A stretch of DNA of 63,164 nt, counting the filler, from Kipferlia bialata (Eukaryota), in assembly GCA_003568945.1 (NCBI GenBank). It is 5 parts of 5 records of this genome, joined end to end, with 100 filler letters (N's around TTAATTAATTAA, not from the genome) between each part and the next. Parts side by side here need not be neighbours in the genome. Positions count along the whole stretch, not along the records: positions 1 to 18,457 come from BDIP01000476.1; positions 18,558 to 36,957 come from BDIP01000477.1; 3 more parts are not named here. The stretch is one strand, 5' to 3'. Below are positions 10,201 to 23,284 of the stretch, one piece after another; position 1 is the stretch's first letter, and every line of letters begins with the position of its first letter. Under the pieces are notes generated by a model that did not search any database, was not told the origin of the DNA, and saw only the letters and a program-made list of their open reading frames with translations. Position numbers and translations under genes: made by a program.

Positions 10201-13200
10201 TGTTGGAGGGGTATATCTAGCCAGATTGCGTTGAGTGAAGGAAGTGCGCGGTTCATCCATGTTGATATACCCTTAACATCAGTATGGATCCAGTCCTGAT
10301 GGTCTTGTGCCGCAACCCCCACGGTATGTCACATACATAGACACGCGTGTATTCCACAATCGTGTGGATACTATATTTGAATACCACGCAGTAAATGGTA
10401 CTAATTTTGAAGACAATCCCCTTACCCTTAGCAACCACTGCCTACTCTGGTCCCTTCTGTGCATGTGACACAGAGAGCTGGGATACAATACCAGCGGAGA
10501 CACGGTGAGACACTATCTTAAGTGACATATATATTGATGTAGCTCGGTCGTCTATGGTGTGCCACTGGTTGACCGCTCATATTGAAACACTCAGTTGTGC
10601 CAGGTGTCACCTGTTACTACACATACCACACCCACCTTGGCTGACACCCAGGACACAGATGCTACAGAGACTCCAGGATGACCCAGGTACATAGGACAAT
10701 TGTCTCTCTCTCCAGCAGCCTCTCTTTAACACTACAACTACTGATCCGCTTTCACGCCCTCTCTCTATCTCTAACTCACAAGCTACTGCGAGTCAGTGTC
10801 ATTTATATAGTAGGAACTGCTGTACTATGTTACTATTCTCTCTCCCTAACCCCCAGGCTGCTGCTGGATGCCTGTCCCCACCCTGGTCTCCCTGTTCTCA
10901 TACATGTCATTCTGCTACGTGGAGTCACAGTTCAAGCACACAAGCAGGTGGGGACACATCAAGATATGTATTATAACCTATATATACATATATACACATA
11001 TACTCTGGGTCACCCATAGCAAGTTCAGGCACACCAGTAGGTAAGGCACATATATCTCTTACAATCTCCCTCTGTCTCTATCCTGGTGACCCTTACCCCC
11101 AGGCACGATGGGGCATGGTGTGGCAACAGTGCCACTGGTGTCTTCAGCACAAGGTGTGGCCTAATAAGTACACTTATTGACATTGCTCTTACCTCAGAAA
11201 TCCAAAGAAGACCCATAACAAACAATGTTAGATTCTACTCTACTGCACATGCTCATCTCACCCAAGTCCCACCGCCATGCATGCCCCCATGTATGAGTTG
11301 CGGGTGGGTGCCTCTGAGGAAGAGAGACATATCGTTCTCGCCGTGGCACAGGTATGAGTGCTGCCACTATACCCAATCTCTGTAACAGTCAGAGTCTATC
11401 TTGTGGTTATAACTCTACTATAGTGTTGCCGTTTGCCACTCTATCTACTCATTCTTTAGATATGATTCATTATATATACTGTTGACCTATAGTCTGAGGA
11501 CCTGTTCTCCGTTATATCACCAAATGACTCCATTACTCAACTTGTGACATGTATGCACTCTTGTGACTTTCTTACCCAAAGGGTCCCACCCACGACAGCC
11601 CCCTGCCCAGACCCATGGGCATGCATGTCATGAGATACCCAGACGGGACACAGAGGCTAGAGGGTGTAGGTGTGTGTCTATGGGTGTGGGTTTCATTCTC
11701 CTTCATAGAAGTCCTATATATATAATCTGTAGTACAATAGCATCTCTTTCCTCACCCTAGGCAGCAGAGTCCTGTCCCACCACACCCCCCATGAGCACTG
11801 TTCCAGTGCCACATGGGCCACAAGCAGAGACCAGATACTGGACATAGTGCTGGAGGGGGTGAGTGGATACACGCAACTACATTCCATTTAGGAAATGTAC
11901 ATATACTAGTACATTCTAACATCAGGGCCCCGAGACCAGCTGTTTAATGGTTGAACTGACTTGACAACGATGTCTCATATACTGGTACATATATTTACCT
12001 TATATCAGGGCCCCGAGACCAGGCTCTGTGTGGTCCCATCCCTGCACAAGAGAGGGGCAGAGGGACCCTTCTGCATACGCACACTATCCAACACACCACA
12101 GCTGCTGTTGGCAGCAGCACCATACGAGAGGTACACCACGTCGAATCGTCACCACTACATACTGTGCTAGTATTCTAGTTGGAGAGTATCTCTCTGACTG
12201 CACACCACATCTCCTCTACTTTCCCCAGCTTCCACACCTCTGTCTCCACCAATGATGCCTGGCGCATTGGCAGTAATGTTGCACCTACATCCCCTGAAGG
12301 CCCAGCTAGAGACAGCTTTGCATCCTGTCCCCAACACACATTCATGATAGGTTAGCATATAAAATAATTATATGGTATTATATATTATTGATATTACAGA
12401 TGCATTTATGGTGGACAGAATACACTAGATCTCGAATACTATATGTTGGTAGCATTTCCCCTATTTACCCCCAGAGAGCACAGATACTCGCGAGTTGACC
12501 GTGGACATCTCTTTGTATCAGACAGAGGTATGTACTCAATATAGACTGCATCGCGCAAAACACTATAATTCTCAATATGATGCGGAAGAATATGCCTATT
12601 TGATTCCAGATCTTTGTTGTGGTCCAATGAGCATTCTCTTTTGTAGGAGCCGAAGACTACATCGTCGTCTAGAATCTAGACTCTAGATACTAGCATGCAA
12701 AGCACTCACACCACAGGATGTGTCCCAGCAGCATCCCTTAGGTGTATATGTCCTCAAAGCCAACCCAGCATACCCAGGACACAGGCTGTACGCAACAGCA
12801 CAGAAGTGAGTGGATATATAGTTCATATATATATGTAGTGAAAACCAGACACTCCATCTTGCCAAACACAGGACTGAGAGCAGTTCATTTGCATATATTA
12901 TACCGTTCATTTACCTCACAGCATAGAAGTGAGTTGATATACTACTATAAGGTCACCCATGTATGGCTATGCCACTGTATGACAGATTCAAAAGACAGGA
13001 CGATTAGCAGTCTATAGAGTGTGAACCTTCATATATTTATATACAGATATTAGTGCCTTAGAGTGTCATTAGTACTCTAACCCATAGGCATGCCGGTGCT
13101 GATGTCCCTCTGGTGTATAAACCCAGATATACACGGACAACTAGAGTGTGCCAGGAGATCAGGTGGGTGTTGTTATACTGGTCATTGTTAGTATATCTTA

Positions 13201-16200
13201 CGTGAGCGTGTTACTGCTGTTTTCTCGTGCTGCTTGTAGATGACGTCTTGCCGTTCTTACCCCCCAGCCTGACCACCAACACCCCCTACATCCTGGTACC
13301 ATCCACACATGGGGTGGGGCAGACAAGTGACTATGTACTCACAGTGACAGCCCCAACAGGGTTGCTGGCACCAGAGGGTGACCCTGTGGGACAGTGAGTG
13401 GCATTGTCAAATACATATGGATAAGAGTTCTGATCTTAGTAACACAAATATATGAACATCATACACATATAAGGTGTCCACCCATCGGTTCCTCACCTTC
13501 AGCATGACCCTTGGGACTGCCGCAACTTGGTCTGACTGTACTAACATGGCCACCACAGAGCTACAAAGTATGTTGAATGTAAACTATATGATACCTGCCA
13601 AGAACACATCATGTCGGAATATACTCCCGAAGGTATTCTTTCGATAATGACATCTGGTGTGTAACTAATCGACAGCTGGTTCGGTCACAAAGTTGGTTCT
13701 GTCAGGAGACGGGATTGCGGAGATAGGCCTGGCCTGTCACACACATACTGGTACGGGTTCAGACTATAGGCTCACTAGTAACTCTTCCTGCTTGTGGAGG
13801 ATATTGAGTGTGCAATAGTGTATCCCCCTTGACCCCCAGGCAGTGACCCCATCAGACTCAGAATTGAGGGTGCAGCCAGGAAGCTGGCCATTAAGAACTA
13901 TGGGTCGTGTCAGGTAAATAGAGCACTCTATTACTCTGTATTGAATACTATACTGTATAATTACCGTATTGTGGTTCGAACATGTCTTAGAGTCTCTTTG
14001 CAGGTATCCCATCTATGCGAGTATGCAATGCTAGTAGCATTGCATACTCGCATTATGCTACTAATATATTCTGTTAACTGCAGATCTCTCCTGACCTTCC
14101 TGCCGGGGAGTACGGTGTGACACTGGAGGCAGAGCGAGGTGGGGGTGGGTACATATACTTCTACCGAAAGTGTTACATATATAGCTCTATTCTCTCGGAT
14201 ATCATATAAGAATATATACATACACTTACCCAAGGTGTGTTAGCCACCCTAGCTGTCCGGGCATCGGGTGAGGTGGCGTTCCCAACACCCACCAAGTACC
14301 TATATGGGAGTAGGTTAGTCAATCGACACGCTTTAATGTCAAGTAAAATTTGGACAGACTTGTAGGTGTTGACAGTTCTGTACTCAGTAACACTTTGTGT
14401 TCAAAAAATCAGTATTATGCAATGTGGCACATGGCTCGTATAGTCCAACCAGTACCACCCGATGTGTTGCTCACTCTCAGCGTCGACGGACAGTGGACTA
14501 ACCAAGACCACAGCGCCACCGGTGTCTTCAGTACAAGGTAAGATCACGCAACCGACACTACCGACTCAGAGAAATACTCTGCGACACGCCTAGTATCGTA
14601 TATGTACTAGTGTCTGCATACACGTCTAATCACAGCCCCACCGCCATGCATGCCCCCATGTATGAGTTGCGGGTGGGTGCATCAGAGGAAGAGAGACACA
14701 TTGTTCTGACTCTTGCCCAAGAGGTAAGGGATATCTCTATGTGTCTCTTCCCATTTCTTCTTGGCTCCTTTTCATTCTGTTCCTAATTAGTGTATGTATC
14801 TCTCCAGAACAATTCTTCCTCTCATACCAGGATAAGAGGTCCGAGAATGTCCCCCTGGTGGCACTAGGTACGTCATGGCATTCACCAAGTATATGACCTC
14901 TTACTAAGAGGGAAGTTCCCTCGTAAAGTAAGAGTCTTACTTTCTGTACTTACATAAGCATACCTGTATATAGCACTAGGTATGTCATGGCATTCCTTAA
15001 CTATATGACCCCAAACGTATTCATACTTACACAAACCTGAATATGTATATACATATACTACTAATACCACTCACCCAGGCATGCACGTCATGACATACCC
15101 CGAGGGCACACCCAGGGCAGAGGGGGTAGGTGTGTATATGTGAGTATAAGCACTAAGCCTCAAAGAGCCTTGATACTCCCATGTGCATTCACTGACACCC
15201 CAGGTAGCAGAGTGACTGGCAGAGGGTATGGATATACTTGTATACTCTAGAAACTTCGAGGTGTCAATTATTTACACTGACACCCCCAGGCAGCAGAGTA
15301 CCTGCATACCAGCCTGCCAACCTACACACCAAGAGTGATGCATGGTCCAACCCTAGGGAGCAAGTGCTGGATGTCAACCTGGAGGCGGTATGTGTGCTTA
15401 CTTATATATTGACTCCCCAGTGGCCTACTATTATGTGTTATATACCTTGAGATGGATTGTCGAACGTGTACACTTACTTACCTGACAATAGGGCCCTGAG
15501 ATCAGGCTGTGTGTCATACCTTCCCTGCACAAGAGAGGAGAAGAGCGCCACTTCTGCCTACAGAGCCACTCCGACACATGCCACTCGCTACTGGAGGCAC
15601 CGTCGTATGACAGGTTTGTTAATGTATGTGTATACACTGTTGTTAATATGCATTCGCAAAGTGGTATTCTCACTCTCAGCTACTACACCTGTGTCTCCAC
15701 CAATGATTCCTGGCTCCCAGGGAGTAATGTCCCACCTACATCCCCTGAAGGCCCGGCTAGAGATAGCTTTGCGTCCTGTCCCCAACACACATTCATGATA
15801 GGTTACCACATAGTCTGCTGTATATATATACGGTTATTCATACAGTAATACTGTATATAGTCTCTTTGTCTTGTGTTCACTAGCGAGTACAGTTAACAGC
15901 AGAGAGCAGTGTGGACCGGGAAATATCAGTGGACATTGCACTCTATCAGACGGAGGTGGGGTGTCTATATAGTGACACATCTATATGCACTTGGGTGTGG
16001 ATTCTACACTGCAGATATTTGCGCTTGAAAGGGGAGTGGACCTCGTCGTGTCTCTCACTGGGTAGGAGTAGCTATGGTTATGTGTCTTACAGAGTTGGCA
16101 AGATCCCCATCACACCTATACAACTACACTCCATTTCATGCAATTAGTAGCTTTACACATTCATAAGACCACTGTATCTAAAATTGTTTCTCACCCAGGA

Positions 16201-17712
16201 CGTCTCCAACCAGAACGCCATGGGTTTCTATGTCATGAAGGCAAATCCCGAGTATCCCACTGATCGGCTGTACTCCCTGCAGCAGAGGTATCCAGTTGTG
16301 TATGGATACATGCCCTACACTGTCTAATGTCCACCATTCACTGCAGGTATGACGGGATAGATGTCCCCGTCGTGTTGAGGTCTACCTACAGACAGGCATG
16401 CTGCAACACACAGAGCATAAGGTATGGAGACACAAGGATCAACCTATAGTATAGGTCCTACACCGTACTTGTATGATTTGGAAATGTCTTCTCTGACCCC
16501 TCAGCCTGACCACCAATACCCCGTACATCCTGGTCCCATCCACACATGGGGTGGGGGAGACAAGTGACTATGTGATGTCAGTCAGAGTGCCGACTATTTG
16601 TCTGGCAGAGGTTGACACGCCGGCAAAGTGAGTAACGTGTCGTAGTGTACTAAGCCTATATGGGTGTACATTCTTGGATACATTGTGGCTGAGGATGGCC
16701 CAACAAACACGACAAGAATTTTGTGAAGTTACAATTATCAGTGTGTGGATACATAGACCTGTGTTGGTACTTCCAATTGTATATGTTTAATATATCACCC
16801 TTACCCACTTCCCCTCTCTATTCTCAGTCACTCTCTCCCTCACCCCCAGAATGAGCATTGGCACTGCCTCTGAGTGGCACACATCCCAGATGGGAGGTAC
16901 GGATGCATATTCATTCTTGTGTGATGTATATACCAGTCATGTACTCAGCTACTTGCGTCAACAACCACGAAAACTAACCCCCTAACCTTTGGCATCCTAT
17001 TTTACCTATACTATCCCCCTTTGTGTAACCACGTAAACTAACCACATATCCATTGACATGCCTACTATACCTATGTTGAACATAGGCTATGTTCACCCCT
17101 ATACCTAACCACTCAGGAGGAGTCAGTGGCCAAAGGAAGCTACTGCTCGCTGAGTCTGGTGTCACTGAGTTTGGAATAGCATGTCACACCAGTACAGGTA
17201 TGATACTATATATCATGTCACCGGTATGGGTACCTGTTGAACACTGATAGAACCCACTCCCTTGGGCTCTCGTGACCCAAAGTATTAATATGTAAGACAT
17301 ACTGGACTGACCCCCTAGGCCCTGACCCAGTCAAGCTCCTGATCGAGGGGCCTACCCACAGGTTCAGGGTGTCACACTTCGGGTACTGCCAGGTGAGACA
17401 TACCGTGAGTGCGCCGGTTCTACGAGTACATACCTGTTTCCGTTGCATATCAGTCTTTTGATATTGTATTATATCATACAGCTTCTCTATTTGTGTATCT
17501 CACCCCAGGAGTGTGTTAACACCCAGTACACAGCGCTTGCCTTATCCAGAATTAATACACCTAATACCACTCCAAGAATATCTCCCGTACCTCTCTCACC
17601 CCAGCAATGTGTTGATGTCCCCTCTGGTGAGTACACTATCACCCTGGAGGCAGAGGCATCAGTCAAAGCAACACTGGCAGTCAGGGCACGAGGGGGGGTT
17701 GTGTTCAAGTAG
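7254..17712 (+). CDS. Calpain-family cysteine protease (CysPc) with multiple C-terminal calpain domain-III-like beta-sandwich repeats; 5' end missing
   Basis: Spliced motifs: DVEQGCLGDCGFMCALSAI (catalytic Cys, ~8160-8340), IVIDDHLP (8835), ELWPSFIEKAYAKLRGSY (9145), ALVALTGG, GIIPKHGYSVL (His, ~10070), LCRNPHG (Asn, ~10305). Domain-III-type strands YILVPST (13290, 16525) and LCVVPS/LCVIPS (12025, 15508). Stop TAG at 17710-17712. Confidence 0.88.
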
Positions 17713-18005
17713 ACCCACCATACTAGGCCTAGTACGTATCACTATGCATACAGTGGAAGAGATACAACCCTCCTAAGTATCTGTCAGGGAAACACTGGCC
17801 GTCAGGGGGGGTCACATTCCTGTAGGGTTGCACCCCAATATAGACTATGACTATAGTGTTGGGTTGAGTTGAGGCATTTCCGCTAAAATAGATCATGCTC
17901 CGACTAAACTGTAAAGTGGCATCAATTTATGTTAAGTTCTAATGATGAACCTCTCAGATTCTCTACACCTAAGTCTCTCTACACCATTGCTGCGTGTGTA
18001 TCAGT

Positions 18006-18101
18006 ATGAACCCCACCGCTGCCATTGCCCAGGCCGAGGCCGAGATCAAGGAGTGGGATGATAGGAGGAGTGAGATACAGCGGATGATAGTGCCCCTTCA
18101 G
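18006..18101 (+). CDS. First exon of a hypothetical protein, truncated by contig end
   Basis: ATG at 18006, MNPTAAIAQAEAEIKEWDDRRSEIQRMIVPLQ, then CAG|GTATG donor. Confidence 0.45.
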
Positions 18102-18457
18102 GTATGTGGATAAATGTGTTTACGTATAATAGCATGTATGAGGTACACTATGGTAGTCCTATAGTATTAGTGTCACTGTGTGTATGTGTACCTAACACAA
18201 AACGTTAGCGGTGGGTGACGTGTATGAATGACTCCTTCTGTATTTGATATGTCAGTCTCACACACGCCTCTACAGTTGTCAGCGTCTTCCTCTCTCTCCA
18301 TCTCTCTCTCAGTGAAGGCAAGTCATAGACCGTGTTGAATGCTCATTTTATAATAGACTGTGTTAGGGTGTCGCTCCTGTCACTATACATCCCCCCCCCC
18401 CCCCCCCCCCCCCCATCATGTCTCTGTCAATAATATATATCTATCTCTCTGAGTTCT

Positions 18458-18557
18458 NNNNNNNNNNNNNNNNNNNNNNNNNNNNNNNNNNNNNNNNNNN
18501 NTTAATTAATTAANNNNNNNNNNNNNNNNNNNNNNNNNNNNNNNNNNNNNNNNNNNN
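18458..18557. other. Artificial contig-joining linker
   Basis: 44 N + TTAATTAATTAA (stops in all six frames) + 44 N, 100 nt in total. Confidence 0.97.
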
Positions 18558-18612
<55 letters not shown>

Positions 18613-18965
18613 ATGTCTCGCACGAGACACCTAACGTATGGAATATGCATGGCCGGGCAAACCGACCGCTGTACTGGATAAGTGTATGTCCTGCATTGTA
18701 TAACAGGTGCTGGGATGAGGGGGAAGGGGGGGTGGGGACTGATGGGTGGGGAACAGAGGGTGCACAGAAATCGCTTACTGACAACCCTCCTCCACTCCAA
18801 ACACTCTCCTCCAAGCTCCTCCTCCTCCACTCAATCTCTCTCTATCTCTCTCTCTCTCTCTGCCTCATGGGTTCATCATGTCATTCAGACGACGCATGCA
18901 CAGCATCTGGGTCACCTGGGAGGTAAGAGAGAGAGAGAGAGAGAGACTCGAAGTCACTGGCATAC

Positions 18966-20634
18966 CTGGCTGGCGAACCCCACTGGGTCCCTCATGGCCA
19001 GAGACTCAGAGGCCTCGGCCTGTGTCTGTGCGGCCCCTGCCCCCTGCTCCTCGTGGCCCATGCCCATGTAGACGTCGTCGTCGTCCTCGCTGCCGTAGTC
19101 TCCGCCGGGCCCTGCCTCGCACTCGTCCTCGCTGCTGAAGGGAGAGCAGATCTCGTGGCTGGCGACGGCACCGGCAGACCGGGGGCGGGAAGTCTGACGT
19201 TAAGTGACTGACAGATAGAGGAGGATGGAGGGATGGATGGTGACACTAACCTCAACGTTGGCGATGACGGTGTCAATCACCAGGGGGTCGTTGGACAGGG
19301 CCCTCTCCACCGCCCTGAGGCCTGTGGATGTGCCGGGGGGTGTGAGGGAGGTGGGCACCAGGGTGAAGGAGGAAGAGCGAGCATGGCCCTTGGAGCGGTG
19401 GAAGATGCCACGCCTCATGGCCCTGCCCAGCCGCCTCTCTCTCAGGCGGGAGGGGGAGAGGGGGAGGGAGACGGAGGATCCTAGGGGGAGCTTGGCCATG
19501 CGGTCGCTGATGGTGAGACTTCATATATTCATATGTAGAGAGAGAGAGAGAGAGAGAGCTACATGGACACACTCACCTCATGGGCTGGCCATCTGAGTCT
19601 AGCATGTGACCAATCTTGCTGGGGGTGAGAGAAGCAGAGAGCAAATGATTCACATACATGCAACTATATCTTCAAATGTCATTGTGACCCCCATGTAGAG
19701 TGACAGTCACAAAGGAGATACTCCACAAATCACGCTGCCAATACAGTATAATCCAGACATAGGCGCAAATACAATGAGGAGTGGTTAGATATCCACCCCC
19801 AATAGGGAAGGCTAATAGGCAGAAGAGTAATGGACAGACTCAGGACTGTGGTAGGGACTGATGTACCTGTTGAAGGCCTCGACTGTGACGTCACACCTGC
19901 TCCTGTTAGCACCTCTGTCGGTGTGAGCACGATCCCTCTTGCGCACTCCACCAGCCGTGTGGTGGAAGTGGTGGTTGGGGTGAGCCTTGGACCGAAGGGC
20001 CAGAGCCGGGGAAGCACAAGCGGAACGGGCACCAGACAGGCCACGGTGGCTAGAGCCGGAACGGCGACCATGGGAATAGGGAAGGTAATCATGTGAGGAC
20101 CGGCTAACAGGGGACACGGCTCTGATTCCATGGATGGATGGGGATTGACACATCTGGCGAAGACGGTTCTGACCAGAATAACCGGCGATTGGGGACGATG
20201 GACGTGAGATAGAACCCTCCTGCACACACACAGCACGGTCTGGGGTTCCAAAGAAGTTCTTGCCAAAGATTGTGACGCTGGAAGTGGAGAGCCCAGAGGT
20301 TTGAGCACCATCAACCCGAAGTAAGGGCGATGACAACTCAAATTGGCTTGGAGGTGGTGAGATAGGACATGTACCGCCACCAGTTCCCCACGTAGACATC
20401 ATCTTGAGGACGAAAAGATGATAAGATCAGGAGTGATCAGAGGCCAGACTAAAAATCAAGACAAACGTGCCCGTGCCCGTTCGTTTGTGCCTTGACGATA
20501 TTGGTGGACCAATGACACAAGAAGACCGATGTCTGAGCAGCTGTGTGACGAAGGACTCTGCGAGGGAGCCGCAGGGGTGATCTAGGAGTGAGGGGCGGAT
20601 GACTATCCATCGGAGGACCAGCCATAGGACTCAT
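18966..20634 (-). CDS. Hypothetical Ser/Pro/Arg-rich multi-exon protein, 3' end unresolved
   Basis: Minus-strand exons ~20469-20634, ~19897-20402, ~19577-19618 and ~18966-19507, bounded by GT/AG including a CTCACCCCCAG acceptor. No recognisable domain. Confidence 0.5.
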
Positions 20635-21036
20635 AATGTACCACGTGTACGACAGGTATTAGTACTATAAATAGCCATATGCAAAACCACATCCTCTTCC
20701 ACTACGTATGACGTCGCATTGACAATACATATGAACTAGAGTATTCACCTTAGTGATGGAGTTACTCTAACGATACAGTTAACTGTCGTATTCAAGCTGA
20801 GAGAAGATGAATTTCACCTTTGGCTTTCTTTCGACTAGACCGAGTTCGGTGTCAACACTGATGATCAGTGACTGATCGTATGGTACCATCTGAACAAATA
20901 TGGCTATGGATGAGACCGTCCTTGTTTTAACACACACACACATCACAGACACACACATACTACTCCACAATCCACCACTGCCCTACATGAGAATATTCAG
21001 ATTGGGAATTCAAATCTATTGAATATCGTCCAAGGC

Positions 21037-22985
21037 TCACTCAAGGAACACCAAGATGGGCGAGCTGTATACCACTGCATATGCCTCTGTGGATGCCTTG
21101 TCCTGGGGTGTGTGAAGAGGGGGGGGGGGGGGCATATACACGGTGCCATACCCAGATGCTAGTGAAATTATAAATAATTGTACAATACCATACAAACGAT
21201 ACTGTACACGTTTTCTATACCTTGGCCGCACTCTCTGAGCACACACCCACAAAGTTACAGTCACGGACCTGATATGAGAGAGGGTGGGCTGAGTGATATG
21301 TGCCACTGATCATCCACCCACCTCCAGTGCGTTGACCTCTCTGGAGGGTATGTGGAGGGAGGCCACAACACCGTCAAAGGAGGTGCAGTAGAGACAGTCG
21401 CCAGAGGCTAGGGGTGAGTGGGACTAGATAGTGGCATAGAGACACGTCATCTAGAGGCACACACACCTGACAGACACATGGCGGATATGCCTCTGGGTGA
21501 CCCCACCCCATATCTACAGGTCTCGGAACACACCACACCCCCATCACCACCCAGAGTGCACCCTGAGTACAGACCCACAGTGCCATCACACGACCCGACA
21601 GCCACACAGGAACCTACCAGTCAGAGGGGGGGGGGACGGTCGATGGAGATATGGGACATATGAATGATGTGTCACACCACCCACCTGACACCTCTATAGC
21701 CACAGTCCGTTCTGGCAATGCCACCTCTGGCTGGTCCCCCTTGGGTAGGGACAGAGGGGCAGGGGAGAGGAAGGAGCCCTCCTGGGCCGATATAGACATC
21801 AGGAAAGGAACAAAGGGAGAGTCTGGGGGGAGGGGAGACTGGAAGAGACCGGGAATGGAGTGACAGAGGTGCGTGTGAGCACATATGCCCTACCTCCCTG
21901 GGCCAGGGCCACTGCCAGACAGGGTAATGAGGCCTCATCATCATCGAGGAGGGGGAGACGCCTGACACCTGGGGTGAGGGGGGGGGGGGAGGGGGGCATG
22001 TACACACCCCCATACCTATGACAGGTGTAGCATCTGCCGACACGGTTTCCACCGATAGCAACACCCACTGGGGCCGGACCTGACAGTGAGACAGAGGGGG
22101 GAGGGGATTGGACATACCACTACACCATGTGTCCATATACACGCACCTCAAACAGCAGCACACGTCCATGGGTGTCGCCGATGGCCACCAGGCTCGGCCG
22201 GAAGCCTCTGTCCCTGCCTTGCTCCCTCTCACGATCCCTCACACCTGAGTGAGACAACCAACACACAAAGACGGCGAATACAAGAAGAGGACCCCGATGT
22301 GCCCCCCTCTGCGTACCTAGGGTGGGGGAGTGGCAGGAGGCGGTGGGGGAGAGGGGGGACGAGGGGGAGATGGATGCGGCCGACACGACACTCACGCACA
22401 GGGCAGCGGGGGGGCGGTCTCTGATCCTGTGGTGAGTATGGGGTACGGGACTAGAGGGTGGGTATCAGTATCATGTAATGCACCCAATATCTCCCCTAAC
22501 ACTACCTGATCTCCTCCTCCTCTGCCGGGTTGGCCCCGTCTACGTTGGCGTCACTGGGCGTGGCTAGCAGAGATGACAGCTCGGGAAGGGACTGGGATAG
22601 AACCTGGGGTAGGACACAGAGAGAGAGAAGGATACAGTCGGGGCCTCACCTCACTGGTTCCGTCATATGAGTACACACTGAACCCACAGGCATGCAGCAC
22701 CACTAGCAGGGTGCCCAGACCCGGTATGCGGATGTACTGGCAGCCTGGGTGGGAGGGGACGTCATGTATCAATGTGTCACATGATACGACAGAGGCCGGC
22801 AAAATACAATTCAATACAATACAATGCAATGTAACTCAATTCAAAGAAATCCAATACAATTCAATACAATGAATGTCAAGCCAGAGACCAGCGGTACTAT
22901 ATACAGCCGAAGACAACAGCACCCACTCACCTGTGAGGAAGAATGCCCCCCCCTCCTCGGAGTAGTCGATGACCTTGCCCCCAGT
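21037..22985 (-). CDS. Hypothetical protein, probably a WD40-like beta-propeller; 5' end cut at poly-G/C junction
   Basis: Minus-strand exons encode GLGTLLVVLHACGFSVYSYDGTSE, SLVAIGDTHGRVLLFE and EAYAVVYSSPILVFLE*. The pattern suggests beta strands; CTCACCCCAG acceptors are present. Confidence 0.45.
22803..22875 (+). repeat. Degenerate pentanucleotide (CAATA/CAATT/CAATG) microsatellite in an intron
   Basis: aatacaattcaatacaatacaatgcaatgtaactcaattcaaagaaatccaatacaattcaatacaatgaatg. Confidence 0.8.
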
Positions 22986-23073
22986 CACAGCCTCACAGTT
23001 AGGGGGGGGAGAGAGAGAGGGGGGGGGGGGGGGGGGGGGGGGACAAAAGGGGGGGGGAGGGGGGGGTGTTTCG

Positions 23074-23104
<31 letters not shown>

Positions 23105-23284
23105 ATTCCCCTACCTATACCCTCCACCATATGTCTTCCTCCTCGCTCTTCTACTCTCTCCTTTCGCTGGAAGATACATGTCTATCTGGGTACCCCTATA
23201 TATGCCTCTCCCCTCTTACTGTCTGACCCTCCACCTGAATACATTCTATGTATACTTGGATATTAATCTGCGCCTTACTCCAGA

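Noticed and set aside
17710..17712. Alternative genetic code (TAA/TAG = Gln, as in hexamitid diplomonads)
   Set aside because: Conserved proteins end at TAG or TAA at plausible C-termini (SRPRA, DUF1295, NEK), and I found no in-frame TAR in the conserved motifs I reconstructed.
18502..18513. TTAATTAATTAA palindrome recurring four times
   Set aside because: Always centred in a 100-nt N block. It is a six-frame-stop concatenation linker, not biology.
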